This document shows positions 12,401-19,661 of a stretch of 64,000 nt of DNA, one piece after another. How positions within the stretch are numbered: position 1 is the first letter of the stretch; the number at the start of each line of letters is the position of its first letter. Both the position numbers and the translations under genes were made by a program. Under the pieces are notes generated by a model. That model was not told the DNA's origin. It saw only the letters and a program-made list of their open reading frames with translations, and ran no database searches. Source of the stretch: Rebecca billardiae RCC1528 (Eukaryota; Protista; Haptophyta); contig OZ251233.1 in the NCBI GenBank assembly GCA_965240325.2, positions 558,001-622,000 of the forward strand. The letters run 5' to 3'.

Positions 12401-12439
12401 CGCGCACTCGAGGCGGTGCGCTTCCTCTTCCGCGGCTAA
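1..12439 (+). CDS. Giant extensin-stalk polycystin-1/REJ-like GPS membrane protein, copy A (5'-partial, runs off the window start)
   Basis: The frame is open from the window start (the track start at 89 is a TTG inside the repeat). SPPP repeats run to 3460. IPT/TIG-like VSALEPDAGPTRGGTVVTLSGRGF (~3914) and FVSLNGQQWS. REJ-like motifs VVDASASTDP and VRVNRPPFGG...PLSYAF...LPAG. GPS CRFWDE..WSSEGC...CACDHLTTFA (~7874-7996). TM1 at ~8120-8195, PKD1-like TM2/3 at ~8970-9215, degenerate EF-hand pair at ~11834-12043, TM4/5 (W...IVYGRVLG...W..S..S...E) at ~12110-12260. Confidence 0.85.
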   Translation, partial: PSPPPRPPPSPPPSPPPSPPPSPPPSPPPLPPPSPPPSPPPTPPPSPPPSPPPSPPPSPPPSPPPSPPPSPPPSPPPSPPPSPPPSPPPLPPPSPPPSPPPTPPPSPPPSPPPSPPPSPPPSPPPSPPPSPPPSPPPSPPPSPPPSPPPSPPPSPPPSPPPSPPPSPPPSPPPSPPPSPPPSPPPSPPPSPPPSPPPSPPPSPPPSPPPSPPPSPPPSPPPSPPPSPPPSPPPSPPPSPPPSPPPSPPPSPPPSPPPSPPPSPPPSPPPSPPPSPPPSPPPSPPPSPPPSPPPSPPPSPPPSPPPSPPPSPPPSPPPSPPPSPPPSPPPSPPPSPPPSPPPSPPPSPPPSPPPSPPPSPPPSPPPSPPPSPPPSPPPSPPPSPPPSPPPSPPPSPPPSPPPSPPPSPPPSPPPSPPPSPPPSPPPSPPPSPPPSPPPSPPPSPPPSPPPSPPPSPPPSPPPSPPPSPPPSPPPIPPPSPPPSPPPSPPPSPPPSPPPSPPPSPPPSPPPSPPPSPPPSPPPSPPPSPPPSPPPSPPPSPPPSPPPSPPPSPPPSPPPSPPPSPPPSPPPSPPPSPPPSPPPSPPPSPPPSPPPSPPPSPPPSPPPSPPPSPPPSPPPSPPPSPPPSPPPSPPPSPPPSPPPSPPPSPPPSPPPSPPPSPPPSPPPSPPPSPPPSPPPSPPPSPPPSPPPSPPPSPPPSPPPSPPPSPPPSPPPLPPPSPPPSPPPSPPPSPPPSPPPSPPPSPPPSPPPSPPPSPPPSPPPSPPPSPPPSPPPSPPPSPPPSPPPSPPPSPPPSPPPSPPPAPPPSPPPSPPPSPPPSPPPSPPPSPPPSPPPSPPPSPPPSPPPSPPPSPPPSPPPSPPPSPPPSPPPSPPPSPPPSPPPSPPPSPPPSPPPSPPPSPPPSPPPSPPPSPPPSPPPSPPPSPPPSPPPSPPPSPPPSPPPRPPPSPPPSPPPSPPPSPPPSPPPSPPPTPPPVPPPMPPPSPPPSPPPSSPPWPPPSPPPMAPPSPPPSPPPSPPPSPPPSPPPSPPPSPPPSPPPLAPPSPPPSPPPSAPPHPPPSPPPSAPPSPPPSPPPSQPSVPQPPPSPPPSPPREPPPSPPPSPPPQPPPSPPPSPPPSPPPLPPPPPRAEPFPPPSPPSAPPSEPPSAPPPPPPPLVRALVLAVSPSSVPLDDGSDDDSAAAGRRLAAGGAARRDAASSALTLSGRGFFASEGGVEGGAFCTLHAGTPTDAQIASGSAPPLATLNATVQSDEAASCALPRALARAARAGGVGAGQFRLALWLDGGGRAVPSLFGPPALRLFDFAQDVAVSALEPDAGPTRGGTVVTLSGRGFELAAGGGGFGGGGAAAGGGGLCCVLPGSAHGDACVSNATLLRPLNGTSRARCVTPPTAGGAAAYVLELGRWGDAISASGDAISARTDSAARFAYYDDSALRVRSVTPSSGAARVTTLVVVDGAGPLLGGARVRLAFGGARAEPPLAAAPGAGVVLQRAAHAVASADGSGGARRAQLFVSLNGQQWSPPQPDGPGAVYFEFDEAAHAPDLESAHFDAASGAALLVRFDAQPTDRAGMGGALGPCAAVLDDETLEALTDAPTDAAAGAPAAADPAAVGLQPQCHWRDDSTLVVRLSASTRAAPGMRVGVRAGAVRPAACAASGGCPAELANEAAAVVVDADAPCGAAPCPTPVAVLRAPDTISACANESLALDGGASSTGGVGPATYAWGLDVTASGAGAAQLDASLRALPPTASAARVDGLPAATSVRGFVVALRLTSFLGVQSELAWAEVRRARAPGPGLRLESVPTEPVRPDSALELGARVGALAPCWGADQGGRVSVRWRVLRATALDAAARAAPAAPLPELAPHASGAQLRLPAHALRAAHEYEIEVVASMAAEPAAATSARATVRVRRVPPRAVLGASARRFGAAEAVVVDASASTDPNEPAGAAPALDFGWSLALGADGGGGALPLPPSASASAAGVLTIPAGALGAGASYAVRVRVTPRGAAYPAPADEATMALEILPPPAAGGGGGGAPPSVELAPLPRGAAVNPTWRRPSERLALQARGADTRAYAYAWRASLVGARGALSPAPLNLSDTAATTTTGDAAPALAFRSGALAPGAEYVFELRVTDVGDAARGVGLASVRVRVNRPPFGGSLGVHTADGASAAGGRVPLGAPLTLSARGWAAEEAEALPLSYAFAHAAAGAEGAGGGEGTPLGAAAAGVPVLRDVVLPAGSLRLLVSVADARGAEARAAAAVEVVPPPREALDGVALGALIERAWGAVERADGSRALGLVATVATLDAAATPPAASLLAIAAEAGALGGAGRAARAQHAAALEAVTRAAGGRLLDDDASAQASVLAQAAGLADAALESGDGVDDATAAALIAVADRALLANATTAAAAVAAGGGDGAAARAEAAALGLSALRLASSLTRALLAGAVAGEPPIRLSGIAVGVAAARVAAGTLAPSADAASPGGAAASTAGWVELGTSGGVRVPASTLLAQQHAGALGSDGAVDVVLSAISVRTLEQAWALRGGANASGGGGGASAASAELGVGWAEGAGGTPFVTAIMSATLYAAGAPSALAVRALPEPVLLALPPLLAQTTTGAAATSAAAGGGAGDGDGGGGALVRACRFWDEGAAEWSSEGCAAVGAPAGRDPSLLYCACDHLTTFAGLGLPTSAAQARADAEAVRINTFSGADAIQVLSEPAQGQRENPTIYRLVYLLAGANALALGAALLADRRGASSYGRWHASELKTSGMASVAPGGGGASGGSGGAGCTEPAGSAAAAPPRARLGSCVAQACGCGPCGGCGRGSTSSFSQRLGLSARQPTSEDGSEASSSPPLVAAELRDAPSTVERVRTRRRERETAEAQQASCPPSRSSGGSGGAQPPTPLALPPAAAARTPPSLPSPPPRRAPVTPIAPAEPAAAPRRRSTLLPSMPKRATQLVATAGAKRAAAAAAAPRDSVWSAAAQKPQLPPAPGSVRARVLLLAYRLADEHSLLVLLFGPAARGVRKAELAQTLCNLAAVQLLLECMLYDEAGGGGGGGGETRVLTMVLYACVAAAVALPALAACRALWAFGRAGGVDDSPAARLFRALSATLEGQRRAVAGSRTARLSAIVESSMHQPRARAHAPAVRADAKLAATDDDDDDDERGGGGGDDDDDDSGRDRAARFAAQLSATQRASVPPLALCGGLSAPAPAQGALPTPTDGAGSADRVTPVRAAPGRAAPAASAQQPQPQQPQQPQQPQQRRPASAHARPAPPTVDGARAADRVAPTRAMAADARPSSALGCARGGGTRRPGSAGVTLSGGGIVAPLQPGAGGGGGALSERIAAAAVERARSDAEEEEEETGSAAAACTGAGARPLLSGRGGARPRSATALPPSARAKFAPRAAAQLHSSDNSAPSTPTASPPGCASRGYRLSEDSSTPTPASLSAVPPLSTQPPASPPPSPPPPPRRSVRLPPPPPRAPAGGAGAPASASAPAPAPARRSSRMRPPPPAAGAAASAVVPPPGVAAPTPGARPGLERAGSTRRPLPPSSGIALNSVSCCAPAGGKGASGAAAARTAWSDAGGSASGPAAAPPQRPDPAAADAEDIAAAEAERAAAAAARQQMRPSTAPRLSCGGAVDAAEAAAASSAQPAAPAPAAATAEAEAAAARATAAVTAPAAAVSAAPAAASAAADALAAAAQGMASAIPTLRAAPAAAPAAAPTAQPMLLPWAGGTGAASAALPPEPRTPPSAYELAAFTQRRAEALAARAAPPAAADSPTKRTPRTIAAPILLGSRMTADEWRLDTPGACSARSEPRSRSGARSGAASARSAPSADASPAAESPPAAADVGARGGGTAAPAAAVVPVEAAPPAADAPVPPSAREQRPGAAEPPAGWAAQAVLRAVAACSAAPPAGAPRADGESWPIALPSAQGDGARRAPLRLPSRSVASAIANRRRSSVEMTTAETQALHTLVRLFDSTERRRLGLGALRMLVAELGDPMTAPELRRLLRAIAGRSVRAADEMEVGAFELCAWYARAKAAHARAARQPPRARRLRPLLTWAAMLGIFAGLCALSIVYGRVLGEAATRGMVSSWGFSLLSSLLLQEGLLGAFAQLMPELSRRGASGSHALAATISQQLAVAPRALMPALRATTARALEAVRFLFRG

Positions 12440-12520
12440 GTCACGTCTGAGGACGACGACCGCGGGGATGAGAAGGCGCGCGACGATAGATGATTATTCA
12501 GATAACAGATGGTCATTGAT

Positions 12521-12871
12521 GGCCCGCGGTGCAGGGCGGAGCGCGCAGCGTGGAGCCCGCACCAGCGGGCCCGAACAACGTTTCAAAAAGATCTTTGATC
12601 AAGAAAAAAGGGACGGGGGACGATTTTCAGGGCTGGAGGAGACCGAGTTTCGAATTTTGAGACCCTCTCTAATAACATGCATCACGGCCGAAAAAGGTCG
12701 CGCCCACGGCAAGTTCATATTGGAGTGACGCCCGTCCAAAAAACTTCACGCCCTTTAGGATCCATAACGTAACGAACCGTTACAAGCGATTTTTTCCAGC
12801 CAATGAGATTGCCGCAAGGTCATCAAGGAGCGATGACGACGTATCTAGATAGCCAGCCGGCACCGCGGGCC
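12521..12871. mobile_element. MITE-like non-autonomous DNA transposon, copy 1 (351 bp), possibly ISL2EU/PIF-Harbinger group
   Basis: Perfect 12-bp TIR GGCCCGCGGTGC (12521-12532) / GCACCGCGGGCC (12860-12871), flanked by AT on both sides. AT-rich, non-coding interior. A diverged inverted relative ends at 20702. Confidence 0.7.
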
Positions 12872-12876
12872 ATTCG

Positions 12877-12936
12877 TTCATTACTTGTGTGCTGGACTGC
12901 GCTTGTTATTAATTCATTACTTGTGTGCTGGACTGC
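12877..12936. repeat. Short direct duplication (24 bp x2)
   Basis: TTCATTACTTGTGTGCTGGACTGC at 12877-12900 and 12913-12936. Confidence 0.85.
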
Positions 12937-13254
12937 CGCTAGCTTTTGCGGGTTCTGATCATCAATCACCCATCAGGGCCCGGTCTGGTCATAAATGAGC
13001 CGCCCGCCGTTTATGACGACCCATTCAGTACATGTATGAACAATGGGTCATTAGACCGCGTCGTATCTTAAAAAAAACCGCTTCACGTTGCACCGCGTCG
13101 TATCAATGCTCGTAAATGAAATTCTATTCTACCGCTTCACGTAGTAACCCTGAGATGATCATAGATTATTGAAGATGCTCGCGTCAAGTCGTCGCGGCCC
13201 CGTCACCGACGCAAAACAACAGAGGTGGGCCCGATCGCACGTGGGTGGGGGGCG

Positions 13255-13822
13255 ATGGCAAGCAGCACCTCGACCGGCGACGCCGACCAGGACTACGTTC
13301 GCCGCGTATTGAACGCGCTGCTCGACTCGAGGACGGTGACGCGGGTGAACAACACCACGTTCCAGAGCACCGCTGCCGCCATCTCCGTCGCCAGGCACAA
13401 GCAGACCATCCCCGGCGCCGCGAGCGAGTACGGCGTGTCAACAAAAGCGATCAAGCAGCTCCTTGGCCAGGTCCGCAAGGTGCTGGCGGCGGAGGGCGCA
13501 CTCGGCAGCGGTGGCGCTGCGCGGTTGATCACCGACTTTCGTTCGTGCCCCGCAGGCGTTCGTCACTCGAGGAGCAGCGCGCAAGGGCGAGCCGAGTCCG
13601 GAGCACGCGAGCTCGTCGCTCGCCGCCCGGAGCAGAGCGCACCGCTGCGAGCGAGCGGGCGCGGCAGAGCTGATGAGCCGGATGCGCCCGGAGCTCGCGC
13701 GGCTGAAGGGCGAGCTCGAGCACGCGAGCTCGCGCCTCGACGCCGAGCGCGAGCTCCTCCTCAACTCGGTCGACGGCGGCGCGGAGGTGCAGCAGCGTGA
13801 GGACGAGCAGGAGCATCAGTGA
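13255..13822 (+). CDS. Putative 2-exon gene (~163 aa): HTH (psq/CENP-B/transposase N-terminus-like) plus coiled coil; may be a TE-derived pseudogene
   Basis: ATG at 13255. Exon 1 (13255-13479) contains AAAISVARHKQTIPGAASEYGVSTKAIKQLL. A GT..CCCCGCAG intron (13480-13555) joins in frame to ...ELARLKGELEHASSRLDAERELLL... and TGA at 13820-13822. Confidence 0.45.
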
Positions 13823-13859
13823 AACGCGCGCCGGTTCCGGGTCGCGCAGCGGTGCCCAG

Positions 13860-14645
13860 CTGCCTGCCACGCGAGCGGCGGCCACGTGGCGCGAGGAGCT
13901 GCGTGGGGAAATCGCCGCGCGCGTCGACGCGGCGATCACCGGGCTGCAGGCCTCGGCAATCGACGCGGTGCGCACCCTCGCCGCCAGCCGCGACGACTCC
14001 GCCGTCGAGCTGCAGCAGCTGCGCGCGCAGATGCCAGAAGTGCCGATGGGCGGCGGCGTATCAGCAGGCTGACGTGCACGAGCACGTGACACGCGGAGGC
14101 GCTAGGCGCCAAGCTGGCGAAGTGCGGCGCCGAGCTCGACGAGCTGAGCGACGCGGCAACGGACGCGCTGGGCGCCCGCGCCGCCATCGTCGCGGCGCCC
14201 TCCAGCAGCTCGAGCAGCTGTGGATACGGTTGGCCGTCGAGGCGACCGCGGGTGTGACTCACAGTGTGAGTGAGCCGGCGCGCGGCTCAGCCTGCCGCTG
14301 GCAGCCGCCGTCTTCGAGGCCGACGCGGCGGAGGAGGCGGCGGGCGAGCACGGCGGCGCGGTGGAGCAGGCGCGCACGCGCGGCGGCAGGCGCGACGCGC
14401 CGCTCGCCTCGTTCCACCGCCCCGAGCTCCGCTCGGTCGGTCTCGGTGCGAGGCTGCGCAGCCGGCAGGCCGGGGCCAGCAGTGGCGCGCGCTCTCGCTC
14501 TGCCGGCACGAGCGACCAGCGGCCCGTCGTCGAGCGCATGGCGCAGGGCGAGTACCTCAAGCAGGTGCGCCCGCTCGCGCGCACGCGCCGGCTCGCGCCG
14601 CGCCAGCGCCTCTCGTCCTGCCTGCGCGCGCGCGCCGGCCGCTAG
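13860..14645 (+). pseudogene. Frameshifted coiled-coil coding fragments
   Basis: Host-like codon usage and helical peptides in changing frames (WREELRGEIAARVDAAI..VELQQLRAQM; KLAKCGAELDELSDAA; VVERMAQGEYLKQ), broken by stops. Confidence 0.35.
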
Positions 14646-14761
14646 TCCCCGCGGCGGCCCGCGGACCCGCGGCGACAGTCCTCGGCCCGCCGGCCCGGTG
14701 GGCGGCAGTGACTGAGTTGGCGGTGGCAGCTCAGGCGAACTGTTACACATGTCAGACTGAC

Positions 14762-15821
14762 ACAGCAGCCGACGGAGGGTGCGCCGCGGGCCCCGAACTA
14801 CGTTCGTTCTACGGAAAAAGACCGCGGAACGCGGTCATATGTAGTCATGTCATCATTGAGATGATCGATCGTCGATGATCATCGCGTAGTACTTTATTCA
14901 ATCATCGCGTCATCAGTCCGATGATACAGTCCTCTCAACAATAAATTACCCTATGGAGAGCACACCTGCACATCACACCTTCTCCTGGCCGCCTAGGCTT
15001 GCATGACGGGCACCTGCGGCCCCAGCACTCTCCATTCGGTCGAGCTGCACCCGCCCATCATGACTTCAGCCGGGTGAGTGACAATTGGAGGACTCCTCTG
15101 GGCAGCACGTGAAGCCGGCCAGCTCGGACGTGACAGTGCCCGACAGGCTCTCGACTGGCTCCCACACCCCTTTCAGCCCAGCTTGTAGCACAGCGCGCCG
15201 CTGATTTTCGGCGGAGCCTCGTGTGCTGTGCTACAGGGCATACCCAATCAGCAGGTGGGCCGCTGGCAGGCTAGGTGCATCTGGTGCACTGTGGTGGCCA
15301 TTCCCCGACCACCACCCGCAGAGACGTGGCCTGCGCACTTCTAGGAAACCGCACTGCTCACGCCAGGCTGTGCTGCTAGGCTGGCTGCTAGGCAGTATCA
15401 AAGGCCATCCAGCTGCAGCGCCAGGGCCCACTATACAGCTGCTACACTCCCAGCCAGCCAGCCCACAGCCTGCTCAGGGGGTGAATTTCCATCCCTGCCT
15501 GCCCTCGTGGTGGTCCAGCACCCCCGCGCAGCACCCGTCAGCCGGTTGTGCACCTGCATTCAATTTATCTGACTGACTCAGCCCACACACCCGCCCAGCT
15601 CATACCCACCTGGTCTGTGAGGGCTATAGGTGCAGTAACAGATAGCATGCAGCAGTGGGCCTCAAACAGTGACTGAGCTGGTATAGACAGCCAAACACAA
15701 GGGTAACCAATTGTTGAGGGGACTGTATGATGACCGCGTTCCGCGGTCCTTCCCGGTAGAACCAACGTAGTTCGGGGCCCGCGGTGCATGCACCCTCTCA
15801 CTCTGTCGTCGGCTATGCTGT
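14762..15821. mobile_element. ~1.06-kb element bounded by imperfect ~85-100 bp inverted repeats
   Basis: 14762-14846 (..GAGGGTGC..CCGCGGGCCCCGAACTACGTTCGTTCTAC..GACCGCGGAACGCGGTCAT) matches the reverse complement of 15721-15821. Low-GC, CpG-poor interior. No TSD identified. Confidence 0.65.
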
Positions 15822-15924
15822 CCGTCCAATGCGCGGCCGTATGTAGCCGGCCAGTAGCCACCCGTAGCGGCCAGCAGCAGCGCGGAGCGCCGTCGAGCAC
15901 GCGCGGCAAACGAATGATGGAATA

Positions 15925-18900
15925 TTATGCAGCGCGAGCGAGTCGACGGTCGAGGCTGGAAAATGCGCGATCAATCACGCCACAGCAGGCTGGCAGAGCC
16001 CGCCCGAGCTGCAGCATGCACCGTAGGTGCTGCCCCAAGCTCTCGACTGCCCGTAAGTGGCGGCATGTGCGGCGGCGCCGGCGGCGGCCATGCTGCCCCG
16101 CCGTTGCGCGCCGCGGGGCACTGCCGGCACCTCCGTGGTGAAGCGCACAGCGCTCGAGCTCACAGGGGCTGGCGACCGTCAAACCGATACCCCAGGCCCA
16201 TGACGCGGGGCTGCGTGTGCCAGCTGCGCGCACCCCCTGGGCCCACCTGGCCCGCTCGAGCAGCTCGCGCCTTGGGTGCGCACAGCGGCTCGAGCATACT
16301 TGATACTGGCGTACTGTATGGGACGCCTGCTGCGGTGCCGCCGAGCACGTGCGGCCGAGGGTCACGCAGCACGGGTGACGCGACGGCGGCGAGCAAGCGC
16401 GACGGCCTCGCCGCGCCGCGGTAGAGCCTGCCCGGGCTGCAGCACGCCGTAGGAGCAGCCCAGCGCCCTCCTCTGCCCTCCAGCTTCGGCGCGCGCAGCA
16501 GGCCCGGCGGCGGCCATGCTGGCGTGCCCGCAAGCAAGCAGGCAGATGGGCGCGGCCGGCCGCGCCATCGCAAAGCGCGCAGAACTCGAGCTCGGGGGGG
16601 CGGACGGCCGCCAAACTGGCGCCGCAGGACGTGGCACTGCGTGCGCCAGCTGCGCGCACCCGCTGCGCCCGCGTAGCCCGTGCGAGCGCCGCGCCTCGAG
16701 CACACGCCGCGGCAGCTCGACACAGCCACTGTGACAGCGCGCACGCAGCCTGCACGCCGTGGCCCGTCGGCATCTCGGAAGCCGCCGAGAGCGTGTGCTT
16801 TCCCCGCACGACGGCGGTAGCTGCCGCGATGTATACGAGCGTGCTGCCGCGCCGGCCGCCGCTGCCCGGCCGCCGCGCCGGCCTCCACTCCGCGCCCGCT
16901 GCGCGTCCGCAGCTGGCGGCAGCTGCGCCCGAGGTCAGCCGGCCCGGAGTGGCTGCCGCGCTCGCTGGGCGACCACTCGATGATGCGCGCAGCGTCAAGT
17001 GCGCGCTGGGCACCTCCTCGTCGCGCGCAATTTCGAGGTAGGCCTGCATCTGCTCCTGCATCAGCCCCTCCCACCCTGCGCGCGGGCGCGGACGGAGTCG
17101 CACGCACGCGGTCCGATCGACGATCGATCGAGGCGCGGGCCGCGGCGGGACGGGCGTCGACGCGCAGGTTAGTTAGGTATGGTGCCGGCGCTTCCCGCAG
17201 GCGTTGCGCGCTTGGGGCGAGTGGGGCGCGTGGGCGAGACCAGCGGCCAGCCAGCCCACGCCACCGGCGCGAGGGCACCGGCGCGGCGCGCACGCACACT
17301 TTGGGCCGCGGACCTGCGGTCCGCGGGGCCGCCGCGCGGCTGCGTGACCGGCAGCTGTGAGTGAGCTGATCGAGTGAGCAAGCCGAATAATGCGCGTCCG
17401 GAGGTACCTGCAGGCGCGCTCGGGGAGGGCCGAGGGCGATAGGTCGAGACCAGCGGCCGGCCGGCACCCGTCGCGCACTCGGTGCGCGCCTTTGAAGGCG
17501 GCATCCTCCGCCTCGCTCGGGCCGGTCTCGTCGCGCCGCTCGCGAGCAACGAGACAGGCGGGTAACTTGGTTTTGATTGACAAGCAGCGCTATTCAAAAG
17601 AATATCTTTCAATATTATTATCAAGGCGGTTCATACAGTGGGCTGGTCCCACTGGCGGAGCAGAAATTCAAAACTATCTGACGATCGGCGCGGTCTCAGC
17701 GACTCGGAACAAACGGGGTGCGACAGACTAGCGCCGGCGGGGTATGCGCCGGCGTCTGAGCTCACCAGCGCGACTTCAGCAAAGCGCGCGGACGAAAATC
17801 AGCTCTCCGGGAGGGCCCCTGGCCTGCGCGGGGTCGCGGTCGCGGCGCCGGGCGCGGGGATGCTGTCAGCTTCCGAGCCCGTACAGCTCGTCGCGCGCGC
17901 TCGGGGTGCGCGAGGCGACGCGGTACGACGGTGGCGTGGACCACCACCTCACGCCTCGCTGCGTCGTCAGCGTGTACAGCCCACCGCTGCCACTAGCGCC
18001 AATGTGAATGGCACTGCTCGGAACAGCTCGATGCGTCGCGCGTTGTCGTTTGCGTCGACTCGTCGCTCGGCCGGAGGTGCAGCTGACGCGCTCGCCGAAG
18101 CAGCACCGCAGACCCCGCTCGATGGTGTGCGCGGCGTGAAGTTCGCACCGAACGTCTTCTTGTGGCGAGATGCGCACCGCCCGCCGCAGCGCCCGCCGCT
18201 GCCGAGCCGGCCGCCGCTGCGGCCGCCGCGCCGGCTGCCGCCGCCGCGACCGCCGTCGCTGCGCCATCAGCCGGCCCGGTGCTGCCGCACTCGCCGGGCG
18301 ACCCCTCGAAGATGCGCGCAGCGTGACGTGCGCGGCGAGTAACTCCTCGTCGCGAGATGCGCTCCACCCGCCGTCGCGCCGGCCGCCGCGGCGTCCGCCG
18401 CCGCGGCGTCTGCCACCGCGCCGCCCCGGCTACAGTGCCGCGCCAGCGCGGCAGGCGCAGCGCCCGACCGCTGCGGCGCCCGCCCGGCTGTCACGCCCGC
18501 ATTCAGCAGGCCCGGTGCTGCCGCGCTCGCCGGGCGACGAATCGATATCGCGCGCGGCGTGACGTGCGCGCCGAGTGACTCCTCGTCGCGAGATGCGCTC
18601 TGCCAGCAGCCGCGCCCGCCACCGCTGCTGCACTCGCCCCCGCGCCCCGGGATGCCACCGCGCCCGCGCCCGACCGTCACGCCCGCCGTCAGCAGGCCCG
18701 ATGCTGCCACGCTGGCCGGGCGCCGCGGTGGTCGCGGCGTTTGATGCCGTCGCAGACGGCGTGCGAAGCGCGGCGTCGGTACCCGCCCACCCTGCACGAT
18801 GTTGCCGCGCTGCAACCTCACTCAGCTTGATCGGCTGACTCCACGCTGAGAGCTCGCGAAGAGACAGCCCACCCGCACAGTGGCAGTCTTCGCCCAGGAG

Positions 18901-19659
18901 CGCCGTATGCGTAGCGGTGGGTGCGGAACGTGGCGCTCGACTTCTCCTCGGCGTCCGAGTCCTGCATCTGCTCCTGCACCAGCCCCTCCCATTCTGCGCG
19001 CGGGCGCGGAGTCGGTGGCCGCGCCGCACGATGTCGACGCGAGGGGCGCCGCAGCAGATGTCAGGTATGGTGACCGCGCTTCCGGCGGGCGTTTTCAAGC
19101 GGAACTTCTGGAACGCGTTGCTCATTGAAACTCGTGCGGAACCACCGTGCCCGATTTTGCACCCCGCGGACGCACGGTCGGCGCGCCGCGCGAGCGCGCA
19201 CCAGCGCGGGCACCCGGCTTGTGCCTCTGGTCGTGGAGCCAGTCGCCACGATTCGGCGGCGCCTTGAGCTTGCGCGCGTCCGCAATCGCCCAGGTTCGCC
19301 TCACAACTCGTGGTGCTCACTTCCCCGCCGGCTCACGCGGCGGACTTGCATTCGCCTCGCGCCACAGCGCCCGCGCCTCCTCGTGGGGGCGGCTTCGAAG
19401 CCGCCGCCGCCGTCCGCCGCGCAACCGCCGAAGCTTCGCCAAAACTCCGGTCCGTTGTTTTGCAGGTCCCCCAGTGAGACCCGCCCACTGTACATCCATC
19501 GAGTCAGATGGGTAACTTGGTTTAACATGCGCTATTAAAAAGAATATCTTTCCATATGATAACATGCGCTATTAAAAAGAATATCTTTCAATATGATAAG
19601 GCGGTTCATCCATCGAGGCAGGCGGGTAACTTGTTTTAACAGCCGCTATTCAAAAGAAT
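15925..19659 (-). pseudogene. Two degenerate tandem ~2-kb units with internal peptide repeats and a shared AT-rich end motif
   Basis: CCTGCATCTGCTCCTGCA.CAGCCCCTCCCA (WEGL.QEQMQ on the minus strand) at ~17043 and ~18961. The repeat RDEE...AH.T.RA....RPASAAA.PG.L occurs at ~16935-17025, ~18267-18360 and ~18505-18598, with a partial copy at ~18690. The motif GGGTAACTTG..GCGCTATT.AAAAGAATATCTTT..AAGGCGGTTCAT occurs at 17555-17634 and 19510-19659. Confidence 0.5.
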
Positions 19660-19661
19660 CT

